The notes: generated by a model from the letters alone, not told the origin. 64,000 bases of DNA from an uncultured Acidobacteriota bacterium (GCA_963777605.1 CAVZRV010000027.1:256001-320000); one strand, 5' to 3'. Counted from the first letter of the stretch, positions 32,945 through 44,183 are shown. Numbers and translations: made by a program.

Positions 32945-35900
32945 ATGAATCTGAACAGAGTTTCGACTCTTTTATCGGTCTTGATCTGTACCTGTTTTGC
33001 GACACTTTTCGGGCAGCCTCGCGTGGACACGCTCGTCGTTCCAACGTCAGAACGCGTGATGGATGAAGTCACCCTCTCGGTGATCCCTAACGCGGAGGAT
33101 TCCGCCCTGGGTCTGAGCTACCAATGGAGCATAGAACAGGCCCCTTCTTCACTGGGCCCGGTTCTGGTAAATGACACTGGACGGCGGGCATCCCTTCAGC
33201 TCTACTGGATCTCGCCGGACACGGCAGACCAAGCTGTCGGGGAGAGTATCACGGTGAAGGTCCGTGTCTCGTTCACGGATCCTGCCAACGGGGAAACCCC
33301 TTTCGAGACATCGGCAAACATTCAAATCACCGGAGTCAATCATCCTCCGACTCCAGTGATTTCGGGAAACCTGGGAGGGCCGGGAGCCCGAATCCCGACG
33401 GGGCAATCGATACAAGTCAACAGTTTCGGGTCGACAGACCCTGACGGCGACTCGTTTCGCGCGGATTGGGCGCTCGGCACGGTAAAAGGAGGCGTCTACA
33501 TCCAGCCGGCAGTCCTCTACGGGGCCGAAGGAGCCATCGCCTCTTTTCCGATTCCCGCCATGACGGCAGAAATCAACCAGGAACTCCTCCTCCATCTCAC
33601 GGATGGCCTGCATCGAGTCACCAAATCGGCAATTGCCTACCTGACCCCGACAGCGACACAACCGCCAGGCACTAACACGGCCCCCACCCTGACTCTTTCG
33701 ACCGAAAGCCTCTCCCTGATTCATGGCCAAAACGTCAACGTCGCAGCCACCTCGGTGGATTCGAACGGAGACAACCTGGCGTTTGCCTGGCTCCTCGGTT
33801 CGACCCCGATCAGCCCCGAGTACGTCACCAGTTTCAAAAGCAATGCGACGACCTGGCAGTCGTCACTGCAGTACCCAACTACAGAACTGGACCCGGGCAC
33901 CTACTCCTTCAGCGTCCAGGCGGTCGAGACCGCGACCGCCGCAAAGCTGCAGTCACCCAAACGCTTTTTCACCGTCACAGTCAACTCGGGCAATATCGGG
34001 ACTGATCCCGGATTCTTCGATATTCAGCAAAGTGCCTGCGAGTCGAACGCCGGCCCCTCACTGGTTTCGATCTCGCCGGATCCCCGCGACGGTGAAATCT
34101 TCCTTCCCGACGGTGAGGCTGCGAATGTCGAGATCATCTTCAGCGACGCGACTCAACGGGCAAGCCCCCTGGGCGGGTACCAAACCGGAGTCGCTTCGGC
34201 CGCATGGGACGTCTCCCAGTTGCTTGAGAAAGGGATCAGCCCTTCGGCCAGTGGCCCGCAACCGACTTCAACTGCGACCCAGTCCCGCCTGCTTCTCTCT
34301 TTTCAGACTCCCGAAGGCACCAGCGGCGAGGCACGGGTCTTCGTAACGGTGGCCGACGTTCTGGATTGCACGACAACCGTCGGTTTTGGCCTGAATTTCG
34401 AAGGAAATTCGAATCCGGAAGTTGATGCGGGCCCCGACCAGGAGGCCCAATCGGGGAATCAGGTCGTCCTCACGGGCAGCGGCAACGATCCCGATGGTGA
34501 TTCCCTGGCGTTCACCTGGCTTCAGACCGACGACACCACTCAGGCGCCCGGAGTCGAACTTGTGGATGCGAACTCGGCAGTGGCCGCCTTCACGGCTCCC
34601 GAGGTGGCAGAGGTTTCGGTTCTCCACTTCAGCTTGACTGCCCGCGACGGTCGCGGGGGCGAAAATGCAGACACGGTTCAGGTCACAGTCCGCCCCCCCT
34701 CACAGGCGGTCGAGATCCTGGCCCCGGTAAGTCTGGAAGGAATTCCCTACGCTAACGACACTTTTGTCGGAGTTGCCATCGCGAACCCGACCGGCGCGGT
34801 CGCAACCTTACACACTCGACCTGCTCACGACTGACGGCCAGGCTGCCTCTTCCCAAAACCCCGAGCCAATCGCAAGCCTCGGCCAGTCGGCCTTTTTGAC
34901 CGGGAACTGAACAATATCACCGAGTTCGACAACAACCCTGCTGGGAAGCAGTTCGAGCTCAGGAACTTCGCTCCTTCTTCATGGTTGGGCGAGAAATGCT
35001 AGTCGATCGACTTGACGGGATCGGAGGCAGAATGGTTCCGTCAACCTATCCTTGTCCTGCCGGGAATATCCCATACTTCACAGGGGATCGTGACCTACCT
35101 GTATGTTTTCAACCCTCAGCCTTCGACAACAGCCAACGTGCAGGTCACACTCCACCAAGGCCAACGGGGACCAGTTGGCGCGGATTCAGCCGAGCACTTC
35201 GCCCCACGCCAGCCTGGCGGGAGCGTTGGACAGCGTGCTGGGAGTTCCTGTTGACGTCTCGAACGGCTACCTCACAATCGAATCGCAGTCGCCTGTGGTG
35301 GCGTTCGCGTACGAATTGACCGAGAAGAGCTTCAGCTCCCTTCTGGGCCAGGTGCCATCCGAGTTCGGAACAACTCACCGCTCCGCATTTCTTTGTCAGT
35401 CGTGACGGGAGCAGTTGGATCCAACTCGTTAACCTGGGACAGGCTGCGGCTACAGTTCAGGTCGAGGCTCTGGGTGACCAGGGTGCGGCCATCGGCACCG
35501 GCTGGCTGGCGATCGACCCGGGGCAAAGTGCTTCGGCCGACTTGGCGGAATTGCTCAACCTGGATCGCGCCTCGATGGGCCCGCTCGAAACAATCACCGG
35601 CTATTTGCGGCTGACTATCCAGAGCGTCGGGTTTGGCGGGTTCCCAGTCCCGACCCTGGTCTCGGGGACGATCCATTTCGCCGGACCGAATTATGCTTCG
35701 ACCCTGCCACTGATTGCGGAAGGAGCGACCAAGGCCTACATACTGCACGTCGCCCAGGCAAACCCGCTGGGGATCTTCACCGGTCTGGCGATCCTGAATC
35801 CAGGCTCTGGCCCCGCCCAGGTTCAACTGAGGGCCTTTGACCAGGCAGGTGCTCAAACCGGGGAAAAGTCCTTTTCGATCCCGGCAGGAGGGCGAATCGT

Positions 35901-36057
35901 CGACCTCCTCGCGACGAACACCTACTTCGGTCCCACCTTTTCGCAGGTAGGTGGGCACCTGGAGATTTCAAGTGACCTGCGCGTCGTCCCGTTCGCGCTC
36001 TTCGGCAGCTACGATCTCTCGTACCTGGCAGCGATCGAGGCGCAGCCCGGACCCTAG
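32945..36057 (+). CDS. Large secreted protein with PKD/Ig-like repeats and shared C-terminal module; several frameshifts in 34810-35400
   Basis: Signal peptide; STDPDGD, DSNGDNL and DAGPDQ...GNDPDGDSLAFTWLQ; C-terminal GVAIANP, LYVFNP and FTGLAILNP in different frames. Confidence 0.75.
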
Positions 36058-36094
36058 TGTCCTGTCAAGCATCATCTGACGCGTGACAGGACAC
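36057..36094. terminator. Hairpin between convergent genes
   Basis: GTGTCCTGTCA / TGACAGGACAC 11-bp stem; no U-tract. Confidence 0.45.
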
Positions 36095-36104
36095 CAGGGT
36101 GGGC

Positions 36105-36716
36105 CTACGGCGAGTAGCGACGTTCGGCTACAAGAATTGCGGCACAGGCATCCTTGACGGCATTGCCCAGCGAGCGGGTCGAGCCGGAGTGGATGCTTGT
36201 CCCGTCACGTCCAAATACGGCGACCTTGTTGTCCTTGAGCAATATGGATTTGCCTCCCTCGTGATCGAGGAGAACAGCGTAGTCGGCGCGCTCGCGCTCG
36301 TTGGTTATGGGAATCTCGGGACAGCGTTCCTGGAACGTCTTGATGATCTCGGCGGTCTGAGGCCGGGCTCCCCCGCTTGAGAATCCTCCGCCTGAGGCGT
36401 CTCCGACCCCGAAACCTCCGGACATCTGCCAGGACTGGCTGTCGCTGACGTAGACCATCAGCTTTCCGTCGTCGCTAAGATCGGGCGGACCGGCGGCTGC
36501 CAGCATCGCCTCCAGCACCGCGTCGGGGATTCCCCTGTCCCGCAACGCCAGTATCGTTTCCATCGAGGTGTCGAATTGGGTCTCGGAGTTCTGGATCATG
36601 GCCACTATCAGCCTGGTCGAGACCCCCCTACCGACGAGGTCAACCACGTCGCTATTGGACAAAGGATCGGATGGGCCAAAAGCAAAAGCGAGGGAAAGCA
36701 ATAACGTTACAAGCAT
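36105..36716 (-). CDS. Secreted hypothetical protein
   Basis: SD AAGGAG, signal peptide, helical N-domain LSNSDVVDLV...GIPDAVLEAML, C-terminal STRSLGNAVKDAC. Confidence 0.8.
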   Translation of the reverse strand: MLVTLLLSLAFAFGPSDPLSNSDVVDLVGRGVSTRLIVAMIQNSETQFDTSMETILALRDRGIPDAVLEAMLAAAGPPDLSDDGKLMVYVSDSQSWQMSGGFGVGDASGGGFSSGGARPQTAEIIKTFQERCPEIPITNERERADYAVLLDHEGGKSILLKDNKVAVFGRDGTSIHSGSTRSLGNAVKDACAAILVAERRYSP

Positions 36717-36912
36717 ACTGTCTCCTTCCGGATATTTCGTGTCTCCTCTCTTGGATCAAATCCCTCCGCCCGTGGTTCATCCGAAGCGCCGGCACGGAGA
36801 TCGACCAAAAAGACGAACCCGGGGGAGATCGATGCGCACCCTCCCAACGCATCACACTGCACAACCCATCCCGTTCCCTATTTCCTCCATTCGGCCATAT
36901 CGACTCCTCATT

Positions 36913-38505
36913 TCAGTTTTGTTTTCTTAGGGAATTCAGATGAAGAGGGAGCAGTTTCCCGCGTGTCGTCGTGCTCGGAAGCGACCGTCTCACGCTGAAT
37001 GTATTCCCCGACTCCAAGACACGACTCATCAGCCGGTTGGCCTCCGAACCACTGGACAATTCCGATAGAAACACCTTCTTGACGGCCTCCTCGGAAAGCG
37101 GTCCCAACGAAGGATTCACGATCAAGCAGAGAAAGGTCTGCCCTCCGAATTCCTCTTCCACTAACTGGTAGTCCAGAGACGTCCCGCCGAATCGCTCCGG
37201 GAGCATTTCCTCAAGAATCCGGACGAGATCGGTGCCGATGAACGTCATTCCTCCGGCGGTCAACTTGTCGAAGCCGAAAACGTCTTTCAAATGCCACTTG
37301 AACCCGAGTTCATCGAACCGGCAGCCACAGTTCCTGAGTTCCAGGCCGCCACAGTCCCCCGTCTCGGTGTTGAGTAAGACCTTGGGAAAGGAGTCGAGCA
37401 GACCGCTGACCAGCAGCGTGTCAACCTCTCTATTCCCATGTTCAATCCGGCGCGGATAGGAAGTCATGGCAACGGTGTCATTGAGTACATGCATGTCATC
37501 AGAGGAATCCGGGTTGTGACAGCCGGCAGCAATCGTTCCCGCCTCCATCGTCGCGTAACTGGGGATGACCCGGGCCCCGGACGCCTCCAATTCTTTCCGC
37601 TTGGCCGCCGTTATCGGCTCGGAGGTCACCGAAAAGGAGGTCCCGCTGAGGTCTACTCCCATCCGGAGTGCCGCCTGGGCTATTCGTACGGCGGCACTGA
37701 CATAGGTCATGAACGTACACCTTCCCGACTCTGCGAGTTGCGAACCAATCCAGCGGACGATCCGGTCCGGCGTTTCAAGGGGAACGAATTCCGGGGCGGC
37801 CAGGCGATGATCCGCCAGTTTCCCCCGGCGCACCACAAAACTGTTTCCGCACCTACTCCTAAGGTTCCGGAGAAGACTTCGACCAGTAACCGGAGAGAAC
37901 CACTTTACGAATATGCCGGCCCGCGCGAGAGCCAGTACTACGATCGGACCCGCTCCCGGCATGATCGGGTACCAGATCCCGATCGGATCCTTGAGAACTC
38001 CGAAAACTTCAAACCGGAGTAAGAAATGTGCCGTCCAGTTGTCGGAGAGGTTCCGAAAATCGTACACCGTTCGCAAGCCACGGCTTCTGGAGCCCCCGCT
38101 TCGGCCAACCAGCGTTCCTTTCGATAGTGGATTCTCGAAATCGCATTCCCGGAAATTGAATTCCGCCGACCCTCTGCGGATCGGTCTCTTGATCTTGAAC
38201 TCATCAACGGTCACGAAGACGCCGGTTTCCCGGAGGGTCGTCAGGGCTCCCTCCACTCCTTCGGACCGGACCAACCCGATGAAGTCGCCGCGCTCGCAGC
38301 CTGCCCACTCGAGAAGTCTTCGGTACGGGCTGGCAGGCGCGGAATAGACGCAGCGATCGACCGAATCGATCAGGTTCCGCTCGCGCCGTCCGAGGCGCAC
38401 GGCCACCCGGTCTCTGACGCTGCCGATATCGACACGGTCTTGCAGAAAGGAACGGAGTCCCAAGGCAAAACGGACATAAGCTCGGAGTTCGTCGGACAGT
38501 CGCAT
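36913..38505 (-). CDS. Divergent adenylate-forming enzyme (PaaK / F390 synthetase-like)
   Basis: SGGSRS (P-loop-like), YATMEAG (YGxTE-like), ETGD, CGC and DYQLVEE. Confidence 0.7.
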   Translation of the reverse strand: MRLSDELRAYVRFALGLRSFLQDRVDIGSVRDRVAVRLGRRERNLIDSVDRCVYSAPASPYRRLLEWAGCERGDFIGLVRSEGVEGALTTLRETGVFVTVDEFKIKRPIRRGSAEFNFRECDFENPLSKGTLVGRSGGSRSRGLRTVYDFRNLSDNWTAHFLLRFEVFGVLKDPIGIWYPIMPGAGPIVVLALARAGIFVKWFSPVTGRSLLRNLRSRCGNSFVVRRGKLADHRLAAPEFVPLETPDRIVRWIGSQLAESGRCTFMTYVSAAVRIAQAALRMGVDLSGTSFSVTSEPITAAKRKELEASGARVIPSYATMEAGTIAAGCHNPDSSDDMHVLNDTVAMTSYPRRIEHGNREVDTLLVSGLLDSFPKVLLNTETGDCGGLELRNCGCRFDELGFKWHLKDVFGFDKLTAGGMTFIGTDLVRILEEMLPERFGGTSLDYQLVEEEFGGQTFLCLIVNPSLGPLSEEAVKKVFLSELSSGSEANRLMSRVLESGNTFSVRRSLPSTTTRGKLLPLHLNSLRKQN

Positions 38506-38719
38506 TTGTCGTTTCGAGGCACGTAATTCTCTCCCATTCTCCGGATCTTGGCAAAAGAACTCTGCAACCCTGAAGCATGGTTCGCGTCTGAAAAATATTG
38601 GTCTTCCGACAATCCATATAGATTTCAGCAGACGAGTAGTTGTCCTCATGGATTGGCTAAAATCGAAATTCTAATCAGATCGCGGGCTTAATCAGCCGCG
38701 GCGCAATCTCCAAAATGTG

Positions 38720-40071
38720 ATGACTCAGAACGAGCGGTTGGAAACGTGGAAGGAAATTTCGAAATATTTGGGTGTGTCCACCCGGACCGCCCAGAAATTG
38801 GAGCATGAGCAGGGCCTCCCGGTTCATCGGTTGATGGCAGGAGGCACGGTCTTTGCCTTCCGCGAAGAGATATCGGAATGGATGGCGTCCCGCCCCAAGG
38901 TCGAACCGATAAAGGAAACCGATTCTCCGCCGCCATCAATGATGTCCCGGAGCCAAGTGGAAACTGGCCGGTGCCAGCCTTGCTGTTCTCCTCGTCTCGG
39001 CGGTCGTCGGCCTCAACTTCTGGCCGGCACAGTCGTCCTCTCGTTTCGTGCCGGATTGAGAACGGAGTCATCTTTGGTCTCGATTCCACGGACAATGTGC
39101 TGTGGAGGTTTGCTTTTCCCGAGTGGGATTCCGTCTGGTACGGCCATTCCCATCCTTCTCTTCCCTCCTGGTACTTCGTGCTCGACGACAGCCAGAGTCC
39201 GGGATCGGTGAAGGTGGTTGTCCTCTTGGTAGATCGAAACCATCATTCCCAGGTTGCGGGCCTGGACGGCAACGGCAAGAAGCGATGGGAGGTACCGCTG
39301 TCAGTGCAACTTTCCTGGAATGGCCAAAGCTTGCCCAGTACGTTCGGCCCGGCCCTCGCCGGGATCGTCCAGGCAAGCGGAGAACTTCGCTTCTTCACCG
39401 TAGCCGTCAACGAACCCCGGTTCCCTTCCCGGCTCGTAATCCTTGATCCTCAGACCGGAGAGATTACGGGAGAGTACTGTCACCCCGGTTGGTTCAAATC
39501 GTATTCCGCTCACGACTTCGATAATGACGGCAGCGACGAACTGGTCTTCGGCGGAGTGAACAATCCAGGCTCGGGCTTCGGTCACCCCTGCGTTGTCATG
39601 TTTGATCTCCCCGGCACCAACGAACCTTCCGGCTCGCGGGATTTCTTCGGACGGCCCGCAATAGCGGTGAAAAACTATCTGCTCTTGCCGCGCAGCCGGC
39701 TGGCCGACGCATTTCGATATATGGCGATAGTCTACAACTTGCGCCTCACCAATCAGAGTGAAATCGTCGCCGGCGTCATTTCAGGTTTGCCCGACGGATC
39801 CTTCAGCGACTTCTACACCTTGAAGCCCGACTTCAGCCTCCTCCGACTCCTCATTGGTGACAGCCACCTTACGCTCTTTCAACGACTTCAGACCAGTGCC
39901 GAATCAGTCTCTCCGGCTTCATTTGCCAGTGACCGTGCCCGCTTGGGAACACTGCTCCGATTCAGCAAGGCTCCCAACGGGAACGACCCGGGGCTGGAGA
40001 ATCTTTTCGCAAATGCCCCCCTGTGTGGATCGGGGCAAATGCCCTGTCGAGAATTTGCTCTGAAGCATTGA
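38720..40071 (+). CDS. HTH - TM - extracytoplasmic beta-propeller-like protein; frameshifts ~38950 and ~39030
   Basis: RLETWKEISKYLGVSTRTAQKLEHEQGLPVHR; TM LAGASLAVLLVSAVVGL in a third frame; then LDSTDNVLWRF, LDGNGKKRWE and DFDNDGSDELV. Confidence 0.72.
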
Positions 40072-40104
40072 CCGTGCGGTCAGCCTGTTTCCGATATATC
40101 GCGT

Positions 40105-40296
40105 AAAGGTACCTTGGGTATTTTTACGATGTCATTCTCTCTCGGACTGGTCTTTGCACCGTCCCTTGGCAGGTACCTCTGGGAAGCGTTCAGCTGGAAG
40201 ACGATGTGGTTCACAGTGGGCCTGGCAGGCATTCCCCTGGCAACCGGAGTCCTGTTGCTCCGCAGATTCTTCGTTGCCCCTGCGAACCCGGGGTAG
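40105..40296 (+). pseudogene. C-terminal remnant of an MFS transporter
   Basis: GIFTMSFSLGLVFAPSLGRYLWEAFSWKTMWF resembles MFS TM11-12; no upstream portion. Confidence 0.5.
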
Positions 40297-40364
40297 TCCG
40301 CGCCCCTGCCTGGAATGTCTGCGGGGCAGCCTTGCCCGGCACTCTCCGCCGCGGCCACACACTT

Positions 40365-40409
40365 CGGGCTGGAAGCCCGTTCGACCCACCAGGCTGGCAG
40401 CCTGGGCTA
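40365..40409. repeat. Tandem REP-like hairpins
   Basis: CGGGCTGGAAGCCCG (40365-40379) and CAGGCTGGCAGCCTG (40390-40404). Confidence 0.55.
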
Positions 40410-40416
40410 AGTTTCT

Positions 40417-41982
40417 CTACCAGAAGTAGAGGTACAGGGCGGCGACCGTGCCGATGACGGACAGCGCCAGGACGTTGAACAGCAGAGGAGTCCGGAAGGA
40501 GATCTCGCCCATCCGGACCTGCGGATCGGACCGGGGGCGGGCCTTCGACAGCAAGGTGACAGCCACCATCATGCCGGCGAGCAGTACAAAAGCGATCCCC
40601 ATCCGGTTGAGGAACCCGAGGTCCGGCATGAGCAGTTTCAACCCGGCGGAAACGGGAATGGTCAGGATCGCAGCCGCGAGCGCCGCACCGCTGGTGGTCC
40701 GTTTCCAGAACAAGGCAAACACGAAAATCGCCATCACGCCCGGTGTCACAAATCCGGTGTACTCCTGGATGAACTGAAAAACCTGCTGAAGTCCGCCCAG
40801 TTGCGGGGCAATCAACCCCGCCGTAACGAGGGCAACGGCGCTCGCGATCCGCCCCACCCGGACGAGTTCCCGCTCGGCCGGCTTTGCCGCAAGGAACTTG
40901 CGGTAGATATCCATAGTGAAGATGGTGGAAGCGCTGTTGGTCATCGAGTTCAGGCTGGAAATGATCGCCGCGAACAGTGCTGCAATGATCAGGCCGGTGT
41001 ACCCCGCGGGGATCAATTCTCTGACCAGGGTCGGATAGGCCTGATCCGCCTTCTGAATCAGATCCGCATACAGGACGGAAGCGATGATTCCAGGGAAGAC
41101 GATGATGATCGAAACGATAATGGAAAGAAAGGACGCAAACAGCAACCCGTACTGGGCGTGCCGAAGGCTGCGGGCGGCGAGGGCACGCTGGATAATGTAC
41201 TGATTACAGCCCCAGTAACTGAGTGCTGCGATCCAGAGGCCGCCCATGAATACGCCCGGCCACGGCAAGTCGGGATGACTCGCGGGCAGTACGGTGTGAA
41301 ATCGCTCCGGGGCGTCCTGCAGTAAAACCAGAAACCCCTGCCAGGCTCCCGTTCCGCCGGAAACAGCCTCGAGACCGAAAAGTGTCACCACCACGCCGCC
41401 GGCTACCAGGACCAGCACCTGGATGAAGTCGGTCCATGCCACCGGGGCCAATCCCCCGTAGACGGTGTACAGGGCGGACACACCGGCCAATGCCAGGATG
41501 CCATACGAAAGGGGCAACCCCATCACCGTTTCCATGGTCAGGGCACCCAGGTACATCACGCTGGTCAGGTTCACAAAAACATAGACCAGCAACCAGAAGA
41601 CCCCCATTCCTGTACTGACCCGCTGATCGAACCTCATTTCGAGGAACTGGGGCATGCTGTACACCTTCATTTCGAGGAAGGCGGGCAGAAAGTACTTGGC
41701 CACAATCACCTGCGGGATGCAGGCGCCGATCCAGGAATAGGAGATGACTGCAATCCCGCTCAGAAACGCGGTCCCGTTCATCCCGATGATCTGTTCCGTC
41801 GAGATGTTCGAGGCAATCAGTGAAAAGCCGATGATCCACCAGGGCAGTGTTCGGCCGGCCAGAAAGTAATCTTCCGCGTTGCGGGAATGATCTCGAGGCA
41901 CACGAGAGACCCAGAAGGCGATCCCCAGCACGATCAGGAGATATGCGAGAAAAACCCAGAGATCCAGGGTTTCGACGTGCAT
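40417..41982 (-). CDS. Sodium/sugar symporter (SSS family)
   Basis: DYFLAGRTLPWW, SLIASNISTE, YGGL..VAWTDFIQ, YWGCNQYIIQRAL and STIFTMDIY. Confidence 0.94.
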   Translation of the reverse strand: MHVETLDLWVFLAYLLIVLGIAFWVSRVPRDHSRNAEDYFLAGRTLPWWIIGFSLIASNISTEQIIGMNGTAFLSGIAVISYSWIGACIPQVIVAKYFLPAFLEMKVYSMPQFLEMRFDQRVSTGMGVFWLLVYVFVNLTSVMYLGALTMETVMGLPLSYGILALAGVSALYTVYGGLAPVAWTDFIQVLVLVAGGVVVTLFGLEAVSGGTGAWQGFLVLLQDAPERFHTVLPASHPDLPWPGVFMGGLWIAALSYWGCNQYIIQRALAARSLRHAQYGLLFASFLSIIVSIIIVFPGIIASVLYADLIQKADQAYPTLVRELIPAGYTGLIIAALFAAIISSLNSMTNSASTIFTMDIYRKFLAAKPAERELVRVGRIASAVALVTAGLIAPQLGGLQQVFQFIQEYTGFVTPGVMAIFVFALFWKRTTSGAALAAAILTIPVSAGLKLLMPDLGFLNRMGIAFVLLAGMMVAVTLLSKARPRSDPQVRMGEISFRTPLLFNVLALSVIGTVAALYLYFW

Positions 41983-42138
41983 CGGACCTAGATAGCGGGA
42001 TTTACCGGTTAAGGCAAGCAGTATTTCTCCCGCCGCAATATTCAGCCGTCGCAAGACGAACTACCTCGACACCTGTGGAGTAGCCAGCCAACAAGTTTTT
42101 GAGGTCTGGATTGCCACTCCATGTGGTAGCTTGTCCGC

Positions 42139-43314
42139 ATGATCGGTTCCGACCTCTCTGCCCGCCTCGGAATGACCCGATGTTTCCTTCCCGGTCTGCT
42201 CGCAGTCATGGTTTTTTCGCCTGGTCCGGGATTGCTCGCCCAGACCGCTGCCTCACTCTCCCGAATCGGGCTGTTCGACCTCTCGGACGAGACCTTTCGC
42301 CAGGTCGTCGTCGATCGGGAGAAGGGACAGTACCTGGGCCATCCCACCACCGTCCTCCTGGAAGACGGCCGCACAATCCTGACGGTCTACCCGAAAGGGC
42401 ACGGGCGCGGTCCGATTGTCCTGAAACGGAGCCGGGACGGTGGGATCACCTGGTCCGATCGTCTGGTCACGCCGCAGAACTGGGCGACTTCCCAGGAAAC
42501 ACCAACGATCTTTCGAACCTACCTTCCCCACGGCGGACGGCGGCTGATTCTCTTCTCCGGCCTCTATCCCATTCGAATGGCTTCCTCCGCCGACAATGGC
42601 CAGACCTGGAGTGAACTGGAACCGATCGGGGAGTTCGGAGGCATTGTGGCCATGTCCTCACTCGCACTCCTGAACGATGGCCGATATATGGCCCTGTTCC
42701 ACGATGACGGCCGTTTCCTTCACGACGCGGGGACGCGGGAGAGTTTTCGCGTCTACAAAACTCTTTCGCGCGACGGGGGCCTTACCTGGGGTCCTCCGGT
42801 CGAGATCCTAAGCAATCCAGACGCCGACCTCTGTGAGCCGGGACTGATTCGCTCGCCAGATGGAACCCGGATTGCCCTCCTGCTCCGGGAAAACAGCCGC
42901 AAGTTCCACTCGATGATCACCTTCTCAGACGACGAGGGGGAAACCTGGAGCGCCCCCCGGGAACTGCCGTGGACGCTCACTGGAGACCGGCACACCGCCC
43001 GATACGCCCCGGACGGTCGCCTCTTTGTTACCTTTCGCGACACTGCGAAGGAAAGTTCCACCCAGGGCGACTGGGTAGCCTGGGTGGGGACATGGGACGA
43101 CCTCGTCAACGGCGGCGATGGCCAGTACCGTATGCGACTGAAGGATAACAAGAAAGAGTGGGACTGCTGTTATCCGGGGTTGGAACTGCTTCCGGACGGA
43201 ACCTTTGTTACTACGACCTACGGACACTGGATTGAGGGAGAGCCCCCGTATATTCTGAGCGTCAGAATCCGCCTCGGAGAACTCGACGACCGAAGGAGCA
43301 AGGGAGCGAAGTAA
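42139..43314 (+). CDS. BNR/Asp-box sialidase-like protein, secreted
   Basis: Asp boxes SRDGGITW, SADNGQTW, SRDGGLTW and SDDEGETW; CEP and YP motifs. Confidence 0.88.
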   Translation: MIGSDLSARLGMTRCFLPGLLAVMVFSPGPGLLAQTAASLSRIGLFDLSDETFRQVVVDREKGQYLGHPTTVLLEDGRTILTVYPKGHGRGPIVLKRSRDGGITWSDRLVTPQNWATSQETPTIFRTYLPHGGRRLILFSGLYPIRMASSADNGQTWSELEPIGEFGGIVAMSSLALLNDGRYMALFHDDGRFLHDAGTRESFRVYKTLSRDGGLTWGPPVEILSNPDADLCEPGLIRSPDGTRIALLLRENSRKFHSMITFSDDEGETWSAPRELPWTLTGDRHTARYAPDGRLFVTFRDTAKESSTQGDWVAWVGTWDDLVNGGDGQYRMRLKDNKKEWDCCYPGLELLPDGTFVTTTYGHWIEGEPPYILSVRIRLGELDDRRSKGAK

Positions 43315-44183
43315 TGAGCGAACCGGACTCGATCCGAGGAACAATCCAGTCAACGGTGGAGGAGGTACCTGCCCTCCCCATGGTAGTCCCCAGAATCCTG
43401 GCCATCCTTGAGGACGACGATGCCAGCGCGACCGAGATCTCGAACCTGATCTATCGCGATCCGGCTCTGACCGCTCGCATTCTCAGATTGGCCAACTCAG
43501 TCTATTACGGCCTTTCGGGACAGGTTTCAACGCTCCAGAAGGCCATCGTACTGATCGGGCTGCGGGCAGTGAAGTCGATTGCCCTGACGATCCCCCTGGT
43601 GACCGCCATTCCGACTCGCCGACTCCCCGGGACATTCAGCCAGTCCGCACTCTGGACCCACAGCCTGGCGGTCGCCGTGACGATGCAGCACCTCGCTCAC
43701 CATTGTCGATTACGTCGTCCGGAGGCCCACTTTCTGGTCGGCGTTATGCACGATATTGGGAAAGTCGTCCTCGGCGAGTACTACTCCCACTCCTTCCAAC
43801 ACGCTCTCACCGCAGTTAAGCAGGGGACCTACCCCTATCTCAAGGACGCCGAGAGAGATCTCTTCGGTATCGATCACGGTGAAGTAGCCTCTGCCTTGCT
43901 GAGTCACTGGAGATTTCCCTCCTTCATGGCCTCGACCATCGGCGTTCACCACGCCGACGAGCTCCCGGAAGACGCGAATCCCAAGGACGTGGCGCTCCTG
44001 CGGGTCGCCAACTGTCTTGCCCAGGAGCTCGAAATCGGTTCCGAGGGGAACGTGCAAGCACCATCGATTGAAGAAGCGGACCTTTCTGCGCTCGAGTTGA
44101 CCGAAGAAGACCTCGAAGAGGTCTCCCAGTTCCTCGAGGATCGACGCCAGGGCATTGCCGACTTCTACTCATCCATTGTGTAG
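43314..44183 (+). CDS. HDOD domain protein
   Basis: DPALTARILRLANSVYY, WTHSLAVA, MHDIGK, HGEV and WRFP. Confidence 0.92.
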   Translation: MSEPDSIRGTIQSTVEEVPALPMVVPRILAILEDDDASATEISNLIYRDPALTARILRLANSVYYGLSGQVSTLQKAIVLIGLRAVKSIALTIPLVTAIPTRRLPGTFSQSALWTHSLAVAVTMQHLAHHCRLRRPEAHFLVGVMHDIGKVVLGEYYSHSFQHALTAVKQGTYPYLKDAERDLFGIDHGEVASALLSHWRFPSFMASTIGVHHADELPEDANPKDVALLRVANCLAQELEIGSEGNVQAPSIEEADLSALELTEEDLEEVSQFLEDRRQGIADFYSSIV

